A stretch of 60,237 nt of DNA, counting the filler, from Platydemus manokwari (taxonomy: Eukaryota), in the NCBI GenBank assembly GCA_037951405.1. It is 4 parts of 4 records of this genome, joined end to end, with 100 filler letters (N's around TTAATTAATTAA, not from the genome) between each part and the next. Parts side by side here need not be neighbours in the genome. Positions count along the whole stretch, not along the records: positions 38,480 to 50,818 come from JBBMOY010182229.1; 3 more parts are not named here. One strand, given 5' to 3'. Both the position numbers and the translations under genes were made by a program. This document shows positions 38,480 to 50,918 of the stretch, in pieces. Below the pieces are notes generated by a model. It ran no database searches and was not told where the DNA came from. It saw only the letters and a program-made list of their open reading frames with translations. Numbering within the stretch: the first letter of the stretch is position 1; each line of letters begins with the position of its first letter.

Positions 38480-38951
38480 ATGAAATATTTTGACAATTAA
38501 TTAGCGCCGGTAAATCAGCATTTAATATGATTGTGAAATTTATTACCATTTTTATAAGGAAATTTGGTTTTGAAAGGTTGAAATGACTTATACCACTTTC
38601 ATAATCAAGGGCTCAATTTATAATGTTGAAAGTCGTTTGATTTTCTTTAAAAGATCGCTTGTAATGTCACGATAAAAAGCTATTTTTACAATTATTTTGG
38701 TAAATTTATTCGAATCATCTTTAATCTAGAATAGGCTTTACAAAATTTATTTATAATTTTTTTATTATAGGATGTCTAATATTATTTTGAAATTGACACT
38801 TTTTATTACGGAAATATTTAGAACTCCGATTTAGTAATATGATTTTTATTTTTCATTTAAATTTTGATTTTTGAACGCCTTTAAAACTTTACTATCAAAA
38901 TATTTCTAACTGTATATACTGAAATATCAATTTTATTTGTTAATTTTTTAG

Positions 38952-41900
38952 CCACGGGAAACCTGCATTTCGTTCAATATTAATAGATACCTTAGCAGAT
39001 TGTTGGTCATTGTCATATATCACTACTCAATTAGCTGACTTACTTGGTCATCTTCTGACCAGACATCCTAATTGGGATCGTTTGGAAGCATTTTCTATTC
39101 AACTTACTAGTAATATTGCTCAAGCAAGTCGAGAATTATTGTCAAATCCTTGTACACCATTTTATAACTGCCTACAAAGATTAGCACGACTGCCTGGTTA
39201 TTATCTGGATTCTGAACCATGCTCCGTTTGCTTACCACCATCTGCAGCAAACGAGATGCATTTATATCGTTGGGATAGTGAACCTACTGATAATAGACGA
39301 AACCAAGCTAAAGCGGCAACAATTGCAGGAATGGGCCTACATACTGCATCTTCTTCTATTAATAGTAGTGATTATTTGACTCCAAATGTTAGATCCAATC
39401 CAACTGTCCATGTCTTTAATTTACGTGCTCCTTATTCAATCCAATCAATTACCGTGAAATTCAGTGGTACTCGACGGCAACGCCCACAATGTGGTATAAC
39501 TCTCTATTATAGTGATATTAGTACTGTTTCGACCACACAAATGCTCGATCAGACCAACCTATGGCAGAAAGTAAAAACAGTTACAGTTTCTAAAGATATG
39601 GCAGAAATGAAACTGGACTTCCCAGTTCTTTTGACAGCTGTTTATTTAATATTCGAATATGATTGCTTTACTTGTTCTATTTCCAATACTGATAGTGTCA
39701 AATGCCCACGATGCCACAGTGCGAGCATTCAAGGGAACGTTTGTCTCAATTGTAGAGACAATATCAATCAGTGTTTTAGATGTAGAGCTATTAATTATGC
39801 AGGAATTGACTCTTTCATCTGCGCTAATTGTAGCAGTTGTCGTTACGGAAGAATAGATTTTTCTATGATGGCTAAACCTTGTTATGATTTCATTGAAGAA
39901 CTTAAAAGTGAAGAAAGCAGAGAAGTCATGATTAATCGAATAACAACATGGAGTGAAACTGTTGAGAAAAATGCTCAGGAAATGAATGTTCTTAAACAAG
40001 AATTGGAAATTTTACTCGACCAGGTTAAAATGATGGATGCGGCTGAAATGATAAGTATGAATATCAATACTTTAAATTTAAATATTAACTCATTAATTAA
40101 AGATCAAAAGAAAATTCCAAACGTATCATTAATCACTAGTGGGACAGGTACCAATACAGGTGGAGCTACAAAATTATCTGTTTCAGCTGGTAAAACATAT
40201 GCTGAAGTAACAGGTTCAACCGCAATGGATGATAGTGGATTACAAACACGATCATATCGACGTATACGTAGACCTGCAGGAGTATGAAAGTTACTTAATG
40301 CCTAAATATAATTACTTTTAAACAGGGCGAAAATGATGCAGACAAAGAAGCGGCGAAAACAACTTCTGTTGCTGGAGGTACTGTTGGTGAAACAAGTAAA
40401 GAGGAAAAGAAAGAAACTAATCAGTCAAAACACGTCCATGAAGCTTTACATCAATTGGTAACGAGGTATAGTGCTGATGCAAAAGAACAGCAATTAGAAA
40501 TTAGTTGCTTATGGAGACAATTATGGGCTGCTAAAAAAGCTGTAGCTGATTACGATACAAGATTAGCTAGAGCTAGAAATCATAATGATTTTGTTACTGA
40601 AAACTCAGAATCGAATGATATTGTTAAGCAACATTGTTATACATGTTTACTATCAAAACTTCAACAGCAAATTTGGCTTATGAAAGGATTGTGTTTTGTT
40701 CCTAATATCCGAAACACATTAACTAATGCTGCTGTAATTCATGATATGCAAGGTATATTACTCGGTGAAATGTTGGATGCTGTTTCAAGTGGAATGCGTC
40801 AAGAAATTGTTGTACTCACTGTGCAAATTACTAGAGATCGCAAGAAAGAAGTACCTTTGTTTTAATTTTATACGTTTTATTATCGGCAATGTGTAGGTCA
40901 TTAAGCTCAATCAGATAATAACTTCTGAATTGTTATTTGCTTTAAGAACACCTTATTTATCTACTTCTCGAGAAACACGGATAAAAGTGATGATTTCATT
41001 GTTAAGGTCGAGTATAGCATGTCCAGATTCATTGTGGGAGTTGCGCTTGAGACCAGCTATTGCCGTGTTATTGGAAGCTAGCAAGAATGGACCGTCATCA
41101 GATAATTGCACGAAAATAGTGGTTGCCCCGTGTATTGCTTTAATCCAAGCATGCATGAGGTTTCTTGTGGTTATTTATTTTATTATTTTAGTTCATTACA
41201 ATTAAATGACTATGTAGGGTAAGGGAAAACAATCATCCGGTGTTAAAAAGCAGTCATCGATTTCTGATGGTGAAATATTTACAGAATATCGATCATGTCT
41301 CAATTTTTCAATGCTTCCAATTTTGAATATAAACCAATGGCTATATGATGATAATTCTCAATTTTTCGAAGTGAGTTTTTTCCTAAAATGATTATTTTGA
41401 TTAAATTAACAAGTAATAGAGTGTTTTCATTTAAATTTTACTTTATGTAATTTTATGAAAAAAATTGATTAATAATAAGTTTCTTATAAAATTATCGTTT
41501 TAGATATGGATGCGGTGTATTTATAGAGAAACTTCGTTTTGTAAAGACTCAAGAACTGTTCAAGATCCTAAAACGATTCGTTTAATGCAAAAGTTTGCAT
41601 CAAAATGGTTCAATAATATGCAAAAAAAGAAATTATCTAAAAATAGTGGATTAAATTTGATCAATGTCGAGAATGTATACGTGAATCAAGCTTGGTTATG
41701 GCAGGCTCTTTTAAGTCCAGGAAATCAATTTTGTCGACAAGCGACGCATTTACTTATTGAAATGTTGGCATATCAGTCTGTTGAGAGACATAGAATAGTT
41801 TTGTCAGTTTTGGTTCAATGCTTACCTCACATGGTTTCTGGTATTGGTGCTGATTCTTCTGATTTGATAAAATTATGTGCACCACTTGGACATTCTATAC

Positions 41901-44900
41901 CTTCAGTTTTATCAGAATTTCAGTTAACAAATAATGATGCTAGTACACAATATGTTGCTTTATTGAAGAGGCTGAGTCAAGAAAAGCACTGGCGCTGTTA
42001 TCTTGTGGTTAAATGCAAATTAATTGGTAATATACAATAGAGTTATGCATTTTTCTATTTTATATTATGTTTTATATCAAATAGACTTTATATAATATGA
42101 TATAGGTTTAGAATATAGATGTAGAACAGAACGATTTGAGTAATATATTTCTAAATATTTTNNNNNNNNNNTTTTTATTTAAAAATTACGTAGTAATTAT
42201 AAAAAGGTTATTTGTATCACATAACCTTATTGGACACCTGAAATACACAATTTTATTTCATATCACTTTAGATCATTTACGATAATTAAACATCTATAAG
42301 TAACAAATCGTTCTTTGATTTCATTCAAAATGTATTTATGATTTTAATTTTCTCATATTTTTAAAATATGATCTGGTTGTCCCTCGAAAATACGAGAATC
42401 TTTTAATTTATATATTAAAAGTGTTTGATATTTTTATTTTCAAGCAATAATTGATCTCGCCATGAGTCGCGTTTTGAGATTATTATCTGAAATTGAAGAA
42501 ATGTGTCTCAATAGTTGGAGGCACTGTCAAGCAAGACCTGGCCTCGCTCAAGGTGGATGGGCGGCCATTCATTTGCTCAAAAGTCTAGCAGAATTGTTAT
42601 TACATTTACAAGAAATTGTAAATTTTTTAACGGAATATTTCTATTCATTATCTTTTGTAGCCTGCTATAGCATATAAATATCGATCAACTATTGTGCGTT
42701 GTTTACTCACATCCAGTCTTAACATGCGTCGCCTAATTGTCTTCCGTTCAAAAATGACTACAGATATGGAAACTCGTTTTAACAAAACTGTTGATGATTT
42801 GTCTAAAGATTCGGAAGAAATTATTAGAAGCTTTATAAAGGTAAATACATTTAGAATAGTTTATATAATAAATGATTTTTTTTATGTTGAGAAAAAGTGA
42901 AAATATTTTAAAAAATTATTAGTTTTTGATCAAATATTTTTTTACATTTAAAAAAATAATGTAGATTGCTGTGTATGTATTGAAACAATTTCCGGTTACT
43001 GACCTTCAATCCGCTGGGCATATCATAGAGAAAATCAATGCTTATGTCTGTCCACGTGACTACGAACACCCAGTTTTTGACGTGGTTCTTGATATTTTTA
43101 AAGGCCAAGAAGATTTTCTACCCCATCGGATGATTGGTGTATCATTAAGGTAATCTTAGATTTTTCAAATGACTTAAATATTTAATTAACGGTTAATATT
43201 TTTATTATCATTTAATAATGTTATCTAGTTCTCAGTCTTTTGGTCATAATCCAACAGTTAATGATGTGATAAATTTTCTTGTGAGAGAAAATGGTGTTAC
43301 AAGTGATATTCGACTTGATCTAATTTGTGACAAAAAAGTTTTGATGTATGATCTACTACTTGAAGATATTTACGAGCATGTTTGGTTATGCAGTGATACA
43401 AATAATGTAAATTGATAATTATGAAAACTGAAAAATTATAAATATTAAATAATATAGAAAAATCGTCCTATGAGGCTCACCGTTAGAATCAGTGGTCTTG
43501 TTGAGGATAATATGCCTTATGTAGAGAATTTGAGAAAGGAAGTTCCAATAGAGCATTATCAGAGATCTAATGAATTAATTGATAGTGGATTGCATACCAT
43601 TATCCAGAGATTAGATGCTGTAGATGAATTGGCACATGGATTTTCAGTAATCGCTTCATCCGTGAGACTTCTACATTATTTCATTAAAGTTCCAAATAAT
43701 GATATTAGATTGATTGAACCTGGCATGTAGTAAGTACCCAAGTCATTTTTGAATATAAAAATAATCTTGATTTAGTACTGTTAAAGTCCTTTTACAATGC
43801 CTACTTGTTTGTTTGCGAGGTGGATTAGATGAAAAAAGAATGACAGAATATGAAGATTTGACAGTAGTACCGTTAATCAATTTGTTATGTCGCATTCTCA
43901 TTTTGGGGAGAACTGGTACAATTGACCAGCAAAATCACATGAAGCAGCAAGTTGATGAATTAAATGCTATTCCAGTTTTGCTTGAGTATATAAGCTCTAA
44001 CTATCGAATTGAATTGTATCAAAAGCATGTTACGAAAATTCCAGCATTATTGGCATTTCAATATACGAAAAAAATGTCCTTAATATTGGAATACGTTGTA
44101 CCTCATTTTAAACAACTTATGTGAGTTTTATAAATTTCATTTGAATATAAATAATCATGATTGTTATCATTAGACCTAATGCACAAATTGATGATAATCA
44201 AAGACAGATGCTCCATTGTTGTTGTAATTTAATGAGTTCGATTCCATCAGATTCGTACGGTACATTGTTTCGTCATCATATGTTGGAAGAAGGATTACTA
44301 CGCATCTGTATAAATTTTCTAGTTGTTGTAGCTCCAGAAGATGCTCTCAAAGATGGGATAAAGCTAGAGTATTATTTATAACAAGTATTTAGTTTTACTT
44401 TTACTTTTAAGCCTCAAAAGACAAGATACTATAACCTTCTTGGAACAACCTGCACTGCAATTAGTCTTGGTTCTGGGACAAGCTTGTGTTGGTTCTAATG
44501 GATTTGCTGAAGCTGGAGAGGTTCTTCTAGCAATTCCTGGTTTGTTGGGTTTTTTACATAAACTCGAAACAGTAAAATCAGTGCAAGCCATTGGCGTTTT
44601 ATCCGAAGATTGGTTAAATGCGCTTAGAGTTAGTTTAAAATCTATAACGTGTAAATATTTTTTACAAATATCTTACCTAGGAATGTAGTAAAGATATGGA
44701 CCAAGTCATTAGTGGATTGCGTAACAGTACTTTGAAAAACCTTCGTGCGCAAGCTTTGAAAGTTCGCCAAAAGCAGCTTAATGAAATGCAAATGACTATG
44801 AATGACAAAGGTCAAGTACTCACATCGAGTTCCTTACTGAAAGATTTATCTAGCCAAGTTCTTGAAGAGCCTGGTCACTGCTGCGATATATGTTTAGATG

Positions 44901-46513
44901 GATATGTAAATAAACCTCAGGAATCATTGGGAGTCTATACATTTGTTAAAAAAGTACTTGTTCACGATCTAATGTCAGGTAAAATGGTAGCATTACCAAG
45001 TTCAGCGGCTTGTGCCAATCAATATTATTACACATCGGTATCCAATTATGTTTGTGTGCATTTTTCGTGTCATAATCAGGTAATTGTTTTTAATAAATTT
45101 AATTAAAGTCTGTTTGCTTGCAGGCTGTCAAAGTTGTAAATGAAAATGAATGGGTAGTTGCTCAAAGACACAATCAGAACGCCAAATGTAACAGTTTAAT
45201 GCCGATTTTAGGCCCTCACCATGATAATAATTTTAAAGCAAACCTCAATCGATATCAAACTTCTATATGGGTTAGTTGATAATTATTTTCGTCATTAGGT
45301 TTTGTAAATTACTACGTTGGCACCTTTAAGTTCGGTTTAATATTATTACTAGTATTAATTAAGTTAATCAAACCATTTTTGAACTACATTGGTTTATGGC
45401 ATTTAAATAAACTTATTTCAGGTATTTGTCAAAAAGTATTTTTAACAATTTTTTTTTAATTATTTTTTTTAATATTTATATTTTATTTTTAATTGACTAT
45501 TAATTCCTTTAGACTACATTTATATAATGTGTGATTTAAGTTATTTATTCTCTGTGATGATTATTATCTAATCTATTATCTTTCAGAACAACACCAATGT
45601 ACCTGAAATCAATTACCAGCTTATGGTTCATGATCTGAAATTTTTGCTTTTAAGATTTGCACATAATAGACAATTTAATGAAGATACCGGTGGTGGAGCT
45701 AGACTCAGTAATATTCGGTTAGTTCCTCAGATTATACAGATCGCAATGGCAAATTTGCTGTCACAATCAGACCTAGTTAACAAAGAAATTCAGGCTATTA
45801 CTAAGTGGTTTGAGCAGGCTGGTGGTGGACCTAAATTGTAATATTTATTGTCTTATAAATTATTATGTATTTCTAGATTTAATCAAAATATATGGCAAGC
45901 GACTAATACTCCATATCGTGTGGTACAATTTTTATTATTTCATTCTCGCGAAATTTGGATGCAACATAGATACCAGATATTGAAGTTATTAATACAATTT
46001 GCTCATATACGGCATATAAATTTGGCAGAAATTACACATTTACAACCAAACCAATTAGAATTATTACCATATTCGGTTTATCATCCCTTTTTAGTATTAT
46101 TTGGAATCATTCAGTCATTTTACAATATAATTTTCAAAGTAAATTTAGTTACTTAAAAAATTGTCTCAATTGTGACTTTATTTATTATAATAACATTTTT
46201 AATATAAACCATTTTAAGAACGTATCGGCGTCACCGGGCACTGGTAAAACTTGGATGGATGCCCTTTCTCTGTATATTCGAGAAAATGATGTAGCCCTTC
46301 TTGAATTTTCAAATAAATTAGTAAGATTTTACGAAGATAATCTTCTACCTTGTGAATCTTTTCAAGAATTTTGGGATGTTGCTGGTAAATAGATTCTTTT
46401 TCAAAAGATATTTACTTTACTGATTTTATTTTAAAGATATTAATGACACAGTGCCATATGATGAAGACTGTATAGTAGCTGCACTCATGGAACTTAAGGA
46501 TATCAAGCAATAA
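38952..46513 (+). CDS. UBR4: E3 ubiquitin ligase UBR4 (p600/purity of essence), C-terminal 19 exons; 5' part missing beyond the linker
   Basis: GYYLDSEPCSVC; Cys cluster CPRC..C..C..NINQCFRCRAINY...FICANCSSCRYGRIDF..MAKPC; LWELRLR; QEDFL; hemiRING EEPGHCCDICLDGY...LGVYTF...VSNYVCVHFSCH...NAKCNSLMPILGP; HDLKFLLLRFA...DTGGGARLSNIRLVP. Exons: 38952-40281, 40326-40850, 40897-41169, 41218-41370, 41504-42026, 42445-42617, 42661-42840, 42965-43150, 43229-43406, 43458-43729, 43776-44120, 44174-44368, 44412-44628, 44681-45079, 45124-45270, 45587-45837, 45877-46138, 46219-46384, 46437-46513 (TAA). Confidence 0.93.
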
Positions 46514-46948
46514 AGCATCAAGAATATTTAATATATACGTTTTATTGTTATATTTAGTTGAGACTGGTTATTCTAGAATAAAGTTTTTGTTTAAATTTTG
46601 GTCTTACCCATACGACTTATTGCCTTATAATTATTTTGTTGAGTATGTGTTAAAAACAATCATTATATCTATAGAGATTATGCAACAACCCTCAAAGGAT
46701 AGATACACAGAGATACGATGTACGCACATGCCAATAGGCAATATAAATCCATAAATTGAATTCGAAAATCGATTGGGGCATAACAAGCATCGAACATCGA
46801 GAAATACCAGTGATTGGTGAATCTTACAATAAGCTGGTATTTAGAAGGTTCTAACGAATACGGAGCAAAGCTGAAATAGAATAAGTCTAAAATAAAATTT
46901 GAACCTCGTTTACAACTCCCAGTTTTAATTCCTATCTTAATTCGTAAT

Positions 46949-48500
46949 TGTTGGTATGACTATTCTGACGATCAATCTTATATGATAGCTAATTTTTGTC
47001 CCTGTTTTAACTTTCAGTTGCTAATAATAATTGATTATTGACTATTCTTTTGAATGCGATAGAACGCGAGCTTTTACGGTTAGTATTCTAAAGTGTACAA
47101 CCGTGACTAATTAGTTGTAGTATTGTTTGGGATGCAAAATTGTAAAAACTCTAAAGAATCAGAAGTGTTAACAATGAGCAGATTAATTCTATATTCCGAT
47201 AACGAAACAGAGAAGGATAAAAGGGTGTCAATAACTGTAAAGCTATGTGAGCAATGTAAATGGAATGCCGAATAGAAATAGAAATTTCTAATAATAAATA
47301 ATATAATAACAATTAAAACCCTTGTACTTGTAAATACTAAACTATAAGTTAAGTTGATACACCAAAACATATAAATACCTCATAACATTTATATTTTGTC
47401 CTTTCTTCGTTTGAAGTCTTCTCATTCTCTTTGCAACATTCCCAAATAGCTTTGTTATGCACTTGTTGTTTTGGCTGCCCAGCGCTAGAGAGTTAGTTCT
47501 TGATCCCATTAGACTGTACTATTGGAAATGCTATCTAAACGTTATTTAATAAAAATTATTGCCCTATTGTTTACTGTCGTTTGTAATTTTCTTGCAGAAT
47601 TCTCATAAATTTTTGACTTTTTATTATGAAAAATTTCGATATTAACTACCGCTATTATCAATTATTATTTTATTTACTGTTATCTATTGCTTGTATTCTT
47701 TTAATATCTTATTATTAAATACACTTTTAATTTTCTCACTAATTATTTTTTAATCTTTAATATTCGATTGTCATCCAAATCCATTTATTTTCCCATTCTC
47801 TCTTTACATAAAAGAATGATAAATATTAAAAATTTATTATTGATTAAATATAAAGAATCAATATTAAAAAGGAATAACAATATATTTAAATATTCATCAT
47901 TGATAAAGATTTACACATAAAGATGAAATGTTTTTGTTATCAAAGTCAAGAAACAAAATTAATTTAGAAATTTTTGGGATAAAATGTTTAAATCTTTTGC
48001 AGCAATATTAACAGAATGGGCTGCGATTGATATGGAAATTGATCAATTTGAGATTCGGAAATTGGCTAATTTGATTTTGAAGATTAGAAGAAGAATAATG
48101 AATTGATAATAGAACAACAGTAGATAGGGACTACTTTATTGTTGGGATTAATTTGAAACTTGTAGACAAGCTGGGATTGGTTCCAACAATTTTGTTCATA
48201 AAAAAATTAGCTTTAATTATTGTCGTATAAGGAAAATATCCGCGATACCGTCAATATCATTACCATCGCACCACTTTTTCAGTTATGGTAAAAGTTAAGC
48301 ATAGTTATAAAAGTTAAATATAAGACTAGTGTATGGGCTTTGTACAACAACAGTCAGAGACCTATGAAATAATTCAGAAGACCAGTTAATCGGTTAACAC
48401 TCTTTGATTACTAATAAGTGCACTATCAAACGGTTCTTATTTGATCATAGTGCGCTCATTAGAGGCGATCAATGGGAAAAAGATCAAAAATTCAGGTTTA
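46949..48500. mobile_element. Probable LTR-retrotransposon debris (candidate LTR 47387-46949 on the - strand; gag-like scraps ~48010-48500 on +)
   Basis: Minus-strand segment begins TGTTA (47387) after a purine-rich tract and ends CAACA (46949). Plus-strand scraps IDQFEIRKLAN and FVQQQSETYE...LLISALSNG loosely resemble Gag. Heavily decayed. Confidence 0.3.
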
Positions 48501-49304
48501 TTAATACCGCTAGTAGTTTATATGTACTGCAAAGGTTGATCAAGACGTGGATAGTGATGATAGTAATTATTATAATAAAATCAATAGAACGCGAAAGTAA
48601 AAGAGACAAAATAAAATAAAATAATATTTTTAACATTAATAAAATCAAAATGAATTAAATGAATTATATAAAATAAAAAAATAATTATGAATAACGGTTA
48701 CAGGATACCAAATTTATTTAAAATTAGAAAAATCATCAGACAAAAATAAATTGATGATCGACTACAAAATACTCAGATTCAATGACTATATGACGTGGAC
48801 CAAATCAAAATTCGAATGCCCGTAAACTAGTCGACTAAATTGAAATTTATAATTTAATAGAAAAAAATCTTAATCATAATTTTTACGAAACAAATAACCG
48901 TTGGAATAGAAACTGATGATAAAGACATTAATTTTTTGCATAAATAAATAGTAAAAATAACTAAACCCTAATGATCTTTCTTTTTGCATAAAGATTAAAT
49001 TATCTGCAACAAAAATCTATCTTATAAAGCCCTTTAGGAAACTTTTTAATTCTTGCGATGTCGGCAAGATAACTTTGCTTGTGACTACAAATGTTTAGTT
49101 TAAGTTAAAGTGTTTGTAAACTGAATTTCTAATTAAAAAGCGTTTAATAAATAATTTTAATTATATTTTGATATTTGATTTCAAAAATTAACGGTAATTT
49201 ATGAACGAATACATTTTTATCCATTGAAAGAGCTCAAGCTGATGAGTTTAAATAACACAGTACAAACCCATTATTATATATAAATAATGAATTAATTAAA
49301 TAAT

Positions 49305-49450
49305 GAATTCAAAATACGTCAAAATCATCCAGTGAAAAACATAAATAAAATACTATGCTGGAAAAATAAATCTAAATTTATAGAATTACTTTTCGAGCAT
49401 AGTATTTTCATTATATTTTTCACTGGCTGATTTTGGGGTATTCTGAAATC
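49305..49450. repeat. 146-bp imperfect palindrome (foldback/MITE-like)
   Basis: Arms 49305-49374 and 49381-49450 align ungapped as reverse complements at 59/70 by manual count, with a 6-nt spacer AATTTA. Confidence 0.9.
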
Positions 49451-50295
49451 CTTGCTTAAGATTAATAGTTTTATCTGAAAATTTTAATATTTTGTTAAGA
49501 TTGCTGTGTAATACAAAATTAATACCAACATTGATAATAGCAAGTTCAATTTTTGAGCTATAGGATAGAAGGATTCTAATAACTTTACCGAATGTGTGTT
49601 TACTTTATAATCACAGTGTAATGTATGTACATGTTTTCTATTAAATATTGTATTAAAGAATTAGAAAATTTAGCAAAACTGCGTTAATTCAAAAGTGGTC
49701 GCTCACATAGTTAGTTTTTGATGAAATTTGAATAACATAAAATAGCATTATATATATGCTTTGTTATAAATTAAGTATTGTGTAAGTTTAGTAAGAGAAT
49801 TGAGTATTAATTCGGTTATTTTAATGTCACAAAATCTATGTTGGGTAACTTGTGGGTAAATTCGTTTCCAATAAAACAGAATACTTTTTGTTTAATTAAT
49901 AAACTTTTTACCTTATTTTTCGATGTATATTTTAATTTAAATGACATCGATAAAATTGGAATAGTCACACTATTGTATTGGAGTACCTAGATTATATTAA
50001 AGCGTGTCATGAAAAAGTCATGACAGTACTATTCACAATTTAATTTAAAAATTTTATTTAACATATTTCGGATAATTAATTTTTATTTTAATAAAAATCT
50101 TATTTAAAATTAACCTTTGTTAGACTTTTTGAAATATTAAATTAAATTTAATGTTTTAATAATATCCATTTATTAAAATTTTAATTTTATAAGAGGTTGA
50201 TTGCAACTACTTTCTGAAAGTATATATTGTGAAAATTCCAAATTAAGTATGATTTTATTAATATTCAGCATTGTATTTTTGAGTTTTCTTATAGA

Positions 50296-50505
50296 ATGAT
50301 TATTCCTGTTAGATGTTTTACGTGCGGTAAAGTAATTGGTAACAAATGGGAAAACTACATTGCTCTTTTACAGGCTGAGTATACAGAAGGTGATGCTTTA
50401 GATGCATTAAACTTGACCAGATACTGTTGCCGTAGAATGCTTTTAACTCATGTAGATTTGATCGAAAAGCTTCTTAGCTATGCACCATTAGACAAAGATA
50501 AATAA
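50296..50505 (+). CDS. POLR2L: DNA-directed RNA polymerases I/II/III subunit RPABC5 (RPB10)
   Basis: [12 protein letters not shown]...[19 protein letters not shown], complete 69 aa. Probable 48-nt 5'UTR intron 50247-50294 (GTATGA...TTATAG) ending one nt before the ATG. Confidence 0.98.
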   Translation: MIIPVRCFTCGKVIGNKWENYIALLQAEYTEGDALDALNLTRYCCRRMLLTHVDLIEKLLSYAPLDKDK

Positions 50506-50818
50506 ATGTTTGTAAATCTTCTGTCAATTCTTATATTCAGTTAATGATATTTATAAGTTTAAGTTTTTAAATTTTAAATAGATTGGGTTTTACCAAAGTG
50601 AGTGTGGGTTATTATTGTTATGCACTCGCTCGAATTTCAAAATTAATGAAAATGAGGTTTTGATATATAAAGAAAAATCTGAATAATCTGGACATTAATA
50701 TATCATAGCGCTAATAGTTTTTGCAGCTGAAATAAGGGTGTTTATGATTCAGGGTTATAATAGGTGTTTGTCAAAAATTTTAGAAGGTCATTGCTTAAAG
50801 TTCGACCATAGATGGAAA

Positions 50819-50918
50819 NNNNNNNNNNNNNNNNNNNNNNNNNNNNNNNNNNNNNNNNNNNNTTAATTAATTAANNNNNNNNNNNNNNNNNNNNNNNNNN
50901 NNNNNNNNNNNNNNNNNN
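50819..50918. other. Artificial contig linker 44N-TTAATTAATTAA-44N
   Basis: Identical 100-nt linker structure. Confidence 0.95.

Noticed and set aside
39646-44591. Minus-strand or alternate-frame ORFs within UBR4 (39646, 39659, 40953, 42908, 44376)
   Set aside because: Shadows of UBR4 exons.
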